Assembly: GCA_902767035.1 (NCBI GenBank)
Contig: CACXFU010000016.1
Coordinates: 1 to 43,085 of the forward strand
Direction: 5' to 3'
From: an uncultured Ruminococcus sp.
GTDB lineage: Bacteria > Bacillota > Clostridia > Oscillospirales > Ruminococcaceae
DNA length: 43,085 nucleotides
The translations under genes were made by a program, and so were the position numbers. The notes under the pieces are model-generated. The model made no database searches and had not been told where the DNA came from. It worked only from the letters and a program-made list of their open reading frames with translations. Of this stretch, positions 26,625-35,039 are shown one piece after another. Positions within the stretch are counted from its first letter, which is position 1. Every line of letters starts with the position of its first letter.

Positions 26625-28958
26625 CTACTGTGAGCCCACCTTTACCGTATCGAACGACACCGTTACCGCCGTTCCCATTGGCACGCTCTTGCCCGCTTCA
26701 ATGCTCTGATCCTCCTGAGCCACAGCGCCCTCTTCCTCATAGCCTGCGCCCTCCGCGGAGAGGTTGAGGCCGTATGCCTCAAGCGTCTGCTTAGCCTGCT
26801 CCTTGGTCAGGCCTTTGAGTTCAGGCACAGTGACCGTTTCAAGCTTATACTGCTCATCGGTATAAAGCACTACCGAGCCGCCGCTCTCTACCTTAACAGA
26901 ATGAGGCACCTGCTTTATTACAGTGTTTCCGCTGCCGACTACCTTGACCTCAAGGCCGAGGTCTTTAAGCGTCTTCTTAGCCTCTGAGAGAGGATAGTAT
27001 TCAACGCTCGGCACATTGATCTGAAGCTCTGCGAGCTCCTCCTCGGTATACTCAGGGAAAAATCCCATATAGGGGAGAACTTCGCTCAGAACGTCAACAC
27101 AGATAGGTGCTGCCACCTGGCTTCCGTAGAACTTCTCACCTGTCGGGTGGTCTACCATAACGAGCATGATAAGCTGGGGGTCATCGGCTGGTGCGAAAGC
27201 GCAGTAGGAAGAAACGTAGGTCTCGCCCTTGCGGTCCTCATCGAGCTTCTGTGAGGTTCCCGACTTTCCGCCGATCCTGTAGCCCTTTATATAGCAGTTC
27301 GATCCCGGCTGCCCCTCAACAACGCCCTCGAGGATATCTCTCATATTGGCTGAGGTCTCCTCCGAGATGACCTGTCTCTTGACGACGGGCTCCATGCTCT
27401 TTACTACATTACCGTTTGAATCCGTTATACTGTTCACTATCTGCGGTTCCATCAGGTAGCCGCCGTTTATGCAGGCCGCATAGGCCGTTATCATCTGGAT
27501 AGGCGTGACCTTGTTGGTCTGTCCGAAGGAGCTTGAGGCGAGCTCAACAGGGCCGTAATCCTGAAGCATTATGTTTATCGAGTTCACTTCGCCCGGCAGG
27601 TCTATGCCCGTGAGCTCTCTGAAGCCGAAGGCACTGAAATACTGGTCAAACTTCACAGCGCCGAGCTTCAGGCCTATCTGCACGAAAACAGGGTTGCAGG
27701 AGTTTAGCATCGCAAGGGCTAAGTCCTGTGCGCCGTGGTCATTGTCTGACCAGCAGTGGAACTCTGTATCCTCTACCTGTATCGAAGTGTTGCAGGAGAA
27801 CTTGTCATCAAGTGATATCGCCTTTTCCTCCAGCGCCGAGGCGCCGACTATGACCTTGAAGACCGAACCGGGGTTATAGGTCTCGGAAATGGCCTTGTTC
27901 TTCCACTGAACGCTCCACTCATCGAGTGCTTTTTCGTGGTATTCATCGCTGTTCTCATCGAGGAGACTGAGCTCTGCCGCCGCAGCGTCATTCGTTATGT
28001 GTGACGGGGTGTTGGGGTCATAGCTGTAGCACGTAGCCATTGCATACACCTGAGCCGTCTTCGGGTTCATTATGATGCCGCAGATCCTGTCTGTCGGCAT
28101 ATTTTTCTCATATGCCTCCTGCAGCTCCTTTTCGAGGATATACTGTATATTCGCATCTATATTCAGGTTCAGGTTGTCTCCGTCCTGTGCCTCATAGCTC
28201 TGCTTGTAGCGGTAGGGTATCTCGGTGCCGTCATTAGCCTTGGCAGTGATTATCCTTCCGTCAACGCCTGCAAGGTAATCATCATAGTAGGCTTCAAGGC
28301 CGTAAATACCGTTGCCGTCATAATCCGTATGCCCGAGAACGTTCGCCGCAAGGCTGTTCTGCGGATAGAGCCTTTTTGTGGTCGGGTCGCACCTTACGCC
28401 GTCAAGGTCAAGCTCAGTGAGCTTATCCTCGATCTTGTCGGCCATTGTCTTCTCAACGTCTTTTTTCAGCACGATATACTGCGTTGAGGTGTCAGTCAGG
28501 TCGTCACGCATCTGCTTCGTGTCTATCTCCAGCAGGAGAGAGAGGAACTCGACCAGCTCATCAAGGCAGTCATCGCCCGATATCGCCTTGTCCAGCTTCT
28601 GCTGATATTCAGCCCTCTTGCTTTCGTCCTCCTCGGTAGCAACGAGGTCTTTGAGCTCTTTTATTCTTTCGTCCTTCTGCTTGAGCTGCTCCTCCAGCAT
28701 CTTCGGGTCAACATACACGGTGTAGACGGTCGCGCTCTGTGCGAGGACAGTGCCGTTGCGGTCATATATCGTGCCTCTCGACGCGGACACCGAGGTGCTT
28801 TTGAGCTGCTGAGAATTGGCCAGTGACTGCCACTTCTTGCCGTCCCTGACAGAGACGTTGAAGATGCTTATCACGATATACACAAGAAGAGCCGTTACCG
28901 GTACCATAAGCCAGATATTCAGCCTTCTTCTCATCACTCTTGTGGGTCTTTCCGACAT
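26625..28958 (-). CDS. Class B penicillin-binding protein (FtsI/SpoVD-like) with PASTA domains
   Basis: RGTIYDRNG, RLYP, GLE, SVFK (SxxK), SCN (SxN), KSG; two C-terminal PASTA-like repeats. Confidence 0.92.
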   Translation of the reverse strand: MSERPTRVMRRRLNIWLMVPVTALLVYIVISIFNVSVRDGKKWQSLANSQQLKSTSVSASRGTIYDRNGTVLAQSATVYTVYVDPKMLEEQLKQKDERIKELKDLVATEEDESKRAEYQQKLDKAISGDDCLDELVEFLSLLLEIDTKQMRDDLTDTSTQYIVLKKDVEKTMADKIEDKLTELDLDGVRCDPTTKRLYPQNSLAANVLGHTDYDGNGIYGLEAYYDDYLAGVDGRIITAKANDGTEIPYRYKQSYEAQDGDNLNLNIDANIQYILEKELQEAYEKNMPTDRICGIIMNPKTAQVYAMATCYSYDPNTPSHITNDAAAAELSLLDENSDEYHEKALDEWSVQWKNKAISETYNPGSVFKVIVGASALEEKAISLDDKFSCNTSIQVEDTEFHCWSDNDHGAQDLALAMLNSCNPVFVQIGLKLGAVKFDQYFSAFGFRELTGIDLPGEVNSINIMLQDYGPVELASSSFGQTNKVTPIQMITAYAACINGGYLMEPQIVNSITDSNGNVVKSMEPVVKRQVISEETSANMRDILEGVVEGQPGSNCYIKGYRIGGKSGTSQKLDEDRKGETYVSSYCAFAPADDPQLIMLVMVDHPTGEKFYGSQVAAPICVDVLSEVLPYMGFFPEYTEEELAELQINVPSVEYYPLSEAKKTLKDLGLEVKVVGSGNTVIKQVPHSVKVESGGSVVLYTDEQYKLETVTVPELKGLTKEQAKQTLEAYGLNLSAEGAGYEEEGAVAQEDQSIEAGKSVPMGTAVTVSFDTVKVGSQ

Positions 28959-29080
28959 AGTATTTCTCCTTGAAATGTGTTTGTAAAACGATTACATTCC
29001 TGCGAAGCGCAGATAATTTAACAGAACAAGAAAGCTAAGCACAAAATTGTCCCTAACTTTCCCCTAAAATATTTTATTCA

Positions 29081-29542
29081 TCACAGCCCTATATATTCCA
29101 TGATAGATGTGAACCAGTTTTTCAGCGATACGAAAAAGTCCTCATCCTCATTTTTCACCACCGAGGCCTTGTCCTCGGAGTCTATCGTTATGTATTCTAT
29201 CTGTGACTTGTCCAGCTTGTGCAGCCCGAGTTCGTTCTCGGCATATTCTTCAACTGTCGTCATATTGGTCTTCTGTGCAAGCTCCGACTGCAGGCTGATG
29301 TTTTCGCTCTGCAGCTTTTCAAGCTCCTCCAGCTGAGTGGTCTGCTCTGCTATCAGCTGAGATATCTCCACCCTGCCGAACATCAGTGCCGAGAACAGCG
29401 CCAGCGCAACGACCGAAAGCCCCAGCACACCGAGAATTGACGCGCGCTTGTGCTTTTTCTTCGGCACAGGCTCCTTCACGCTCTCTTCCCTGAGCTCAGG
29501 CTCCTCACTATATTCAAAAGCAAGATTATGTACCTTTGCCAT
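29081..29542 (-). CDS. FtsL-like cell division protein
   Basis: NLA near the N-terminus, basic patch, one TM, coiled coil, EEYA..ELGL; located between rsmH and the PBP gene. Confidence 0.72.
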   Translation of the reverse strand: MAKVHNLAFEYSEEPELREESVKEPVPKKKHKRASILGVLGLSVVALALFSALMFGRVEISQLIAEQTTQLEELEKLQSENISLQSELAQKTNMTTVEEYAENELGLHKLDKSQIEYITIDSEDKASVVKNEDEDFFVSLKNWFTSIMEYIGL

Positions 29543-29580
29543 TGTTAACACCTCTCTTCAAGCGAAGCTCTCCGCGCTCT

Positions 29581-29669
29581 CCCGAGCCCTCAGCCAGTCA
29601 CTCCCCGGTCCCATCAGCGAATCGCCCCCGGGTCTCTCAATCCCATAGACCCACAGCCCGTCGATCCCC
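29581..29669 (-). repeat. Degenerate ~23-nt G-rich repeats in the rsmH-ftsL spacer
   Basis: GGGGATCGACGGGCTGTGGGTCT, GGGGGCGATTCGCTGATGGGACC and GGGGAGTGACTGGCTGAGGGCTC; nine G3+ tracts. Confidence 0.6.
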
Positions 29670-29678
29670 TCGGCGCCG

Positions 29679-30626
29679 CTAGTCCGGGTATCTCTCCTTG
29701 ATCTTTTCGAGCACCCTGAGCTTTGCACTGCGGCTTCTGGGGTTCTGTGCAAGCTCATCATCGCAGGCCTCCAAGGGCTTTCTGCTCACAAGCCTTGCGC
29801 TCGGCGTTCTGCCGCAGACGCACTGCGGAAAATCAGGCGGACAAACACACCCCTGACAGAACCTCCTGAACCTCTGCTTCACTATCCTGTCTTCAAGCGA
29901 ATGGAACGTTATCACGCAGAGCCTGCCGCCCTCAGCCAGCGCATCAAAGCAGCTGTCAAGCGCACGGTCAAGATGACCGAACTCGTCGTTTACCTCTATC
30001 CTTATCGCCTGAAATGTCTTTTTGCAGGGATTTTTGTCTCTGCGTGCCTTCTGCGGCACAGCCTCCCTGACTATATCTGCAAGCTCTCCCGTAGTTTCAA
30101 CAGGTGCCTGCTCTCTTCTGTTCACGATAGCCTGCGCTATCCTCGGTGCGAATTTCTCTTCGCCGTATTCATAGAGCACTCTCACGAGGCTCTTGTAATC
30201 ATACCCGTTCACAACGTCCCTCGCGGAAAGACCGCTTGAAGACATTCTCATATCGAGAGGCGCATCACTGTGATACGAAAACCCTCTCTCGGCATTGTCA
30301 AGCTGGTACGATGATACGCCCAGATCGAGCAGTATGCCGTTCACCCTGTCAGCGGCTGCCCTCGCAAGGATAGACGCTATCTCGTCATAATTGCCCTCAA
30401 ACACCTCAGCCGGCAGCCCTTCAAGTCTCTCTCTCGAAACAGCCACAGCCTCGGGATCTCTGTCAGCGCAGATGAGCCTTCCGCCCTTTGCGGCATCAAG
30501 TCTCGCCGCTATCTCTCTCGAATGGCCTGCGCCACCGACGGTCCCGTCAAAGTAGATACCGTCAGCCTTTATATCCAGCCCTTCAAGGCACTCTCTCAGC
30601 AATACGGGCTTGTGTTCAAACTCCAT
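29679..30626 (-). CDS. rsmH: 16S rRNA m4C1402 methyltransferase
   Basis: HKPVLL, DGTVGGAGHS, DLGVSSYQLD, RGFSY, PLDMRM, FQAIRIEVN, FHSLEDR, NPRSRSAKLR. Confidence 0.97.
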   Translation of the reverse strand: MEFEHKPVLLRECLEGLDIKADGIYFDGTVGGAGHSREIAARLDAAKGGRLICADRDPEAVAVSRERLEGLPAEVFEGNYDEIASILARAAADRVNGILLDLGVSSYQLDNAERGFSYHSDAPLDMRMSSSGLSARDVVNGYDYKSLVRVLYEYGEEKFAPRIAQAIVNRREQAPVETTGELADIVREAVPQKARRDKNPCKKTFQAIRIEVNDEFGHLDRALDSCFDALAEGGRLCVITFHSLEDRIVKQRFRRFCQGCVCPPDFPQCVCGRTPSARLVSRKPLEACDDELAQNPRSRSAKLRVLEKIKERYPD

Positions 30627-30760
30627 CAGAAATCAGGTCCCTCCAGCATAAGAATAAGCCCCTCCGGTATCAGAATAAACCTCTCAGCCAAGTTCGCTGC
30701 TCATCACAGCAGCTCCCCGTCAGAAGTCCAGCCCCTCCAGGCTCTCGGCAAGCTCGGCGT
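30624..30760 (-). repeat. Degenerate duplications of the mraZ 3' end / rsmH RBS
   Basis: CTGGAGGGGCTGGACTTCTGA (mraZ end) versus CTGGAGGGACCTGATTTCTGA, CCGGAGGGGCTTATTCTTA and CTGAGAGGTTTATTCTGA. Confidence 0.62.
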
Positions 30761-31136
30761 CCGCATTCCGGTTGAATTCCTCCCAGCGGCTCTTATCCCA
30801 GATCTCGCACCTGTCAAGCACTCCTGCGGCAACTATCTCCTTGCCCAGCCCTGCGCACTCACGCAGCACCTGCGGTATCAGCAGCTTTCCCTGCTCATTT
30901 ATCTCACATTCACACGCCCAGGCCATAAACGTTCTCTGCAGCGTTCTCGCCTTTGACAGCGGCAGCGCCATTATCTTCTCGGCCTTTTTCTCAAACACCT
31001 CAGGCGAATACACGAACAGGCACCCGTCAAGCCCTCTCGTTATGATGACACGGCTGCCCATGCTCTCGCGCAGCTTTGCAGGGAACGCTATTCTTCCCTT
31101 CGCGTCCATAGTTACCATATTCAATCCGCTGAGCAT
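30720..31136 (-). CDS. mraZ: Division/cell wall cluster transcriptional repressor MraZ
   Basis: DAKGRI.FP..LR, TRGLDGCLFVY, G.LLIP..LR, GV.DRCEIWD; GGGAGGTG SD. Confidence 0.94.
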   Translation of the reverse strand: MLSGLNMVTMDAKGRIAFPAKLRESMGSRVIITRGLDGCLFVYSPEVFEKKAEKIMALPLSKARTLQRTFMAWACECEINEQGKLLIPQVLRECAGLGKEIVAAGVLDRCEIWDKSRWEEFNRNADAELAESLEGLDF

Positions 31137-31159
31137 CAAGCCGTTCACCTCCCGATCAA

Positions 31160-31202
31160 CACTGTAAAGCACTCAGGTACACCAAAGTACACTTTAGTAC
31201 AC
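31160..31202 (-). promoter_or_regulatory. MraZ-binding repeat array
   Basis: GTG exactly every 10 bp five times (GTGTAC x3, GTGCTT, GTGTTG) between the promoter and the RBS. Confidence 0.72.
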
Positions 31203-31212
31203 TTCTGCTATA

Positions 31213-31241
31213 ATTATACACTATAAAGCAGAAAAATGCAA
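31213..31241 (-). promoter_or_regulatory. SigA promoter of the dcw operon
   Basis: TTGCAT, 17 bp, TATAAT. Confidence 0.75.
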
Positions 31242-31384
31242 CAGTAATTTTCCCCAAAACGTTCATCTGGAAGGGATTTTTTTCGGACAGCTTTGTTTTT
31301 TAACCGCGTTTTAATGCAGATATTGTAATAAATGTCGCGGATTTTGTAACTCAATTGTAATTTATGAATATATTGTTAACCGCG

Positions 31385-31513
31385 TCAAGGTAAATTAATA
31401 ATGCCCCCGCCGACCCCATACTGCAACGGCAAAGACATTAGCATAAGGTCTCTCCGCACCATTGCGGAACTCCCCCACGTACCCATTTTAACACATATTA
31501 TAATACACGTCAA
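31385..31513 (-). other. Promoter plus candidate 25-aa small ORF or structured RNA
   Basis: TTGACG-17-TGnTAAAAT (31485-31513); GGGGGAG SD; ATG 31462 to TGA 31385; two hairpins. Confidence 0.4.
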
Positions 31514-31840
31514 TACCTTTCGCGATTTTTTTCGTTTTTCGGCGCAACTTTGTAGGATATCACAAAAGGCACAGCACCCTTTTTACCTGCTTTAACGCCA
31601 ATGGTTAAAAAACGGTAACACGAATTTTAGTTATTTAATTTAATTATTACATTTCAAGAAATGTTAATTTTCTGAAAACTCTTTGAGACACAAAAAAACT
31701 GAGCCCGAAGCGTTTGAAAACGGTCAGCTCGGGGCTTATCAGGCGGCCTTTGGTTGTGATTGTGCACAAAAGCACAAAATGCGGTGCAAAAGCTCTCCCC
31801 TGCCGGTGCAGCCGGTACCATATGCGGTGTATCAGGACAG

Positions 31841-31872
31841 AAAAACGCCCCGAAGAGCATATCCTCGGGGCG
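31841..31872 (-). terminator. Terminator after the lipoprotein gene
   Basis: CGCCCCGA...TCGGGGCG followed by UUUUU. Confidence 0.75.
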
Positions 31873-31889
31873 GTAAGTATTATCAGGTA

Positions 31890-32840
31890 TTATTCCTCGG
31901 TCTCGGGGTTGTAAACTGCCTCAACATCGCTGAACATAAACACATTGCCCTGATCCATAGTGATCTTTGTGATGTACATATTTCCGCCGAGCTGGAAGAG
32001 GATTCCGTCCCAGCCGTGCTCGGTGTCGTCCTCATCAGCAGCAGGTGTGAATGCGTTGTCGATAAGCGAATTAACGGTAGCTGCAGGGATAGTATACTCG
32101 ATAGATGTAACATCGTGGCTGCCTATCTTGATAAAGCCGTCGCCCTTAACAAATACATCAGGCCATACCTGTACGCTCTTGTCGTTCTGCTTTGACTCAG
32201 GTGTGCAGAGGTCCTCGCCGTTGCACTGTACCCATTCGCCGTCCTCGCCCTCATAGTCGATATACCAGGGATAGTCGCAAATGAAGTTATCCTTGCCTAC
32301 AGCGTCCTCAAACTCGTCTGTAAGAGCAAACTTCTGCCAGCCGTTAGCCCTTGCAGGTCCTATAACGATCTGGGTCTTGTGCTGGTCTGTGATCTCCTTA
32401 TCTATCATCTCGTTGTACTTATCTGTGTAAGCAAACTCAACTACCATATGCAGATCCTTGTCTCTCTCAAGGGTCCTTGCGTCTATAAAGTCGCCGTCTG
32501 CAAAGCTGCTTGCCCATGCATCTGAGATCTGATCCTCAGGCTCGAGAACAGTCTCGGTAGCTGACTCATCATATCCGGGGATAATGGACTTGTCAAAATC
32601 CTCTTCCGAAACAGGACCTTCGTTCTCAGTAGCTGCAGGCTCCTCGGGCTCTTCGGGCTCCTCAGGTGCCTCAGTCTCAGCAGGTGCCTCTGACTCCTCG
32701 GGAGCTTCGGTGGTTGCGGCAGTTGTGGTGGTCGCAGCCTTTGAGCTCTCTGACTTAGAGGAGCTATCGCTGTCTCCGCAAGCTGTGAACATTGATGCAG
32801 TCAGTGTGAGTGCAAGAATGCTTGCAATGATCTTTCTCAT
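31890..32840 (-). CDS. Acidic lipoprotein of unknown function
   Basis: Signal peptide with lipobox FTA/C; S/T/E/P-rich linker; acidic, aromatic-rich C-terminal domain. Confidence 0.82.
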   Translation of the reverse strand: MRKIIASILALTLTASMFTACGDSDSSSKSESSKAATTTTAATTEAPEESEAPAETEAPEEPEEPEEPAATENEGPVSEEDFDKSIIPGYDESATETVLEPEDQISDAWASSFADGDFIDARTLERDKDLHMVVEFAYTDKYNEMIDKEITDQHKTQIVIGPARANGWQKFALTDEFEDAVGKDNFICDYPWYIDYEGEDGEWVQCNGEDLCTPESKQNDKSVQVWPDVFVKGDGFIKIGSHDVTSIEYTIPAATVNSLIDNAFTPAADEDDTEHGWDGILFQLGGNMYITKITMDQGNVFMFSDVEAVYNPETEE

Positions 32841-32897
32841 TATAAAAACCTTCCCTTCTTTATTCCAGAGCTTTTCAGCCCCATTATCTATAATAGG

Positions 32898-32926
32898 ATT
32901 ATAGCAGAATTCGTTTATAAATTCAA
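32898..32926 (-). promoter_or_regulatory. SigA promoter of the lipoprotein
   Basis: TTGAAT, 17 bp, TGn-TATAAT. Confidence 0.7.
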
Positions 32927-33027
32927 GAGGCGCACCTCATAATTATAAGATTTGACAAATTACAGAGCGGCAATATAGTTATTTTTCATAATAAAAAATT
33001 AATAAAATATTGATAAAACGATTACAG

Positions 33028-33113
33028 TCCTGCCGGACGGGCGGACACGCTACTCCATTCAGCGATCGATCACCACAGTGAAGCCCGAAGGGTAAGTACT
33101 GCAACAGGCAGGA
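33028..33113. ncRNA. Candidate multi-branched structured RNA (family not recognised)
   Basis: Closing stem TCCTGCC/GGCAGGA enclosing several hairpins; GC-rich island next to AT-rich sequence. Confidence 0.35.
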
Positions 33114-33120
33114 AACTCAT

Positions 33121-33232
33121 TTCCAAGGTTCGCGCAGCGTTACTATTTAATAGTTCGAGCGAAACTTACACCCTCCCCTCCGAGGGAGGGCAAACGGTTT
33201 AAAAGCGCCCAACTACCTACTTGGGGTAGGGG
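33121..33232 (-). repeat. Dispersed ~113-bp element, copy 1 (3' of ppa)
   Basis: Reverse complement aligns to 41363-41475 with one indel. Confidence 0.9.
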
Positions 33233-33252
33233 AATCTGCCGTGCGGCGAGCA

Positions 33253-33798
33253 CTACTTGCAGAAGCACTCAACATACCTGTCTATGCAGCTGGTGATTAT
33301 CTTCTTTGCCTCTGCGCTGCCCTTTACGTCATCTATGACGGTGTCCTTGTGCTCAAGTGCCTTATACACCGAGAAGAAATGCGACATCTCATCGAAGATA
33401 TGCTTTGGCAGCTCGCTGATGTCCTTATATACGTTATATGTAGGGTCAGATTTCGGTATGCAGATGATCTTTTCGTCTGCGGCGCCGTTGTCAAGCATTA
33501 TAATAACGCCTATCGGGTAGCAGTCTACCAGAGACATTGAGGCAAGCTTTTCAGAACACAGTACCAGCACGTCAAGAGGGTCTCCGTCCTCGGCATAGGT
33601 GCGCGGGATAAAGCCGTAACTTGCAGGATAATGTGTCGATGTGTAAAGGATCCTGTCCATTTTGAGAAGACCTGTCTCCTTATCGAGCTCATATTTTACC
33701 TTTGAGCCCTGCGGTATCTCTATAACTGCTGTGAAAAGGTCAGCGGTTATCCTCTTGGGTGAAATGTCATGCCAGATGTTCATAAATACGTCCTCCAT
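33253..33798 (-). CDS. ppa: Family I inorganic pyrophosphatase
   Basis: IEIP.GS.VKYE.DK, YP.SYGFIPRT, DGDPLD, DEK, FF..YK.LE. Confidence 0.93.
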   Translation of the reverse strand: MEDVFMNIWHDISPKRITADLFTAVIEIPQGSKVKYELDKETGLLKMDRILYTSTHYPASYGFIPRTYAEDGDPLDVLVLCSEKLASMSLVDCYPIGVIIMLDNGAADEKIICIPKSDPTYNVYKDISELPKHIFDEMSHFFSVYKALEHKDTVIDDVKGSAEAKKIITSCIDRYVECFCK

Positions 33799-33859
33799 TT
33801 TTACGCCGAGAGCTCGGCAGATGAATTTAACTAAAGTATATCAGGATATTTGCGAAAAG

Positions 33860-34432
33860 TCAACCACTCTGCTCCTCAAACGGTCTAAGTTCTTTAAGCT
33901 TACAGTTTTCTATCCCTGCGCTCCAGAAATCCTTGCGCGGTATGCCGTTGACCTGACAGATCACGCTGCAGTTCATCGCCCCGTGGCCTACTATAAGCAC
34001 ATCAAGGCCTTTTTTCAGCGCGGGATATACGGTGTCTTCCAAAAAGTCGCCCGTTCTTTTGTAAAGGGCATCAAGGCTTTCGGCGCCCTCGGCAGGCTCG
34101 GTGTAAAGCTCAGGGTGCCGGAAAAGAGTGTTTATCGGACAATCGGGGATAGAAAATAAGTTCTCCTGCCCCTCATAAATGCCGAAGCACATCTCAACGA
34201 GCCTGTCATCTGTGATTATAGGGACATCTCTGCCTGCAAGAAGTATCTCTGCAGTCTCTCTAGCACGCACCAGCGGCGAGCAGTAGCAAACATCAAAATG
34301 CACATTCTCATACTCATCGTGAGCCCTGCGCGCCATTTCGCGCCCCTCGTCATTGATCGGCACATCTGTCCTGCCCTGGAGCTTATGCTCTGCGTTCCAG
34401 TCGGTCTTGCCGTGTCTCATAATGTAAAGCAT
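33860..34432 (-). CDS. Histidine phosphatase (phosphoglycerate mutase-like) family protein
   Basis: RHGKTDWN, SPLVRARETA, E..FG..EG, VGHG. Confidence 0.9.
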   Translation of the reverse strand: MLYIMRHGKTDWNAEHKLQGRTDVPINDEGREMARRAHDEYENVHFDVCYCSPLVRARETAEILLAGRDVPIITDDRLVEMCFGIYEGQENLFSIPDCPINTLFRHPELYTEPAEGAESLDALYKRTGDFLEDTVYPALKKGLDVLIVGHGAMNCSVICQVNGIPRKDFWSAGIENCKLKELRPFEEQSG

Positions 34433-34453
34433 CGTTCTCTCCTTAAAGGGTAA

Positions 34454-35029
34454 TTACTCTGCGCTGCGGTACATTCCGGCGTTCTCAAGCGCTTCGGGGA
34501 TATCGAAAACAGTTTCGCCGTTGAGCTCTACCGCGGTAAGGGTGCCCTCGTTCTTTTTCGAGATAAGGTCACCTAAAAAGACGGCTTTTTCCCTGTCGTC
34601 AGTCATCACGGCACCAAGTTCTGAGAGAGCAGTATGATAGAGCGCAGGCTTCTGAGAATAGAGCATAAACTCCTGATAGTCTTTGAAATAAAGCTCGTCA
34701 CCGGTCTTGTTTGAGCCGAAGCCGAAGCGCGAAACACCGTCCTGAACGAGAAGATCGCCGAAGCGCTTCATCACGGCAAAGGCCACCTCACGGGTGCAGT
34801 TGTCAAGATAGTAAAGGGCATAATCGTCAACGTCCTCCGGAAGCTCGATAAAGAAAAAGACAGGCTCGGGAACGGCTTCAAGAAAGGCATTTACGGCCTT
34901 CGGTATAAGCTCTGCCGAGAGAGAGCCCGTAAAGCCCTCAGGCTCTTTTACTATATACGAACCGAGGTCAGACGGGATATCAACGTCAACGCCCTGACAA
35001 AGCTGAAATTTATTATCCAAGGAAAACAC
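34454..35029 (-). CDS. Hypothetical protein
   Basis: 191-aa ORF in an operon-like run; no motif recognised. Confidence 0.7.
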   Translation of the reverse strand: MFSLDNKFQLCQGVDVDIPSDLGSYIVKEPEGFTGSLSAELIPKAVNAFLEAVPEPVFFFIELPEDVDDYALYYLDNCTREVAFAVMKRFGDLLVQDGVSRFGFGSNKTGDELYFKDYQEFMLYSQKPALYHTALSELGAVMTDDREKAVFLGDLISKKNEGTLTAVELNGETVFDIPEALENAGMYRSAE

Positions 35030-35039
35030 CTCCGAAGCA

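Noticed and set aside
25730-26767. 345-aa + strand ORF
   Set aside because: Antisense to murE/PBP; no recognisable domain
29558-29761. 67-aa ORF overlapping the rsmH end (possible frameshift extension)
   Set aside because: RsmH already ends at its normal C-terminal motif; the ORF just reads through the G-rich repeats and has no SD
31400-31480. Glycine or TPP riboswitch (GGAGAGACC...GGTC)
   Set aside because: Lacks GCCGAAG/CTCTCAGG (glycine) and CTGAGA/ACCTGA (TPP) cores
33028-33113. tRNA (Leu/Ser-sized, 7-bp closing stem)
   Set aside because: No GTTCRA T-loop and no proper anticodon arm; kept only as an unknown structured RNA
33223-33253. Group II intron remnant (CCCCTACCCC end, GTGCG start)
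   Set aside because: The two motifs are on opposite strands, and no domain V or RT gene is present
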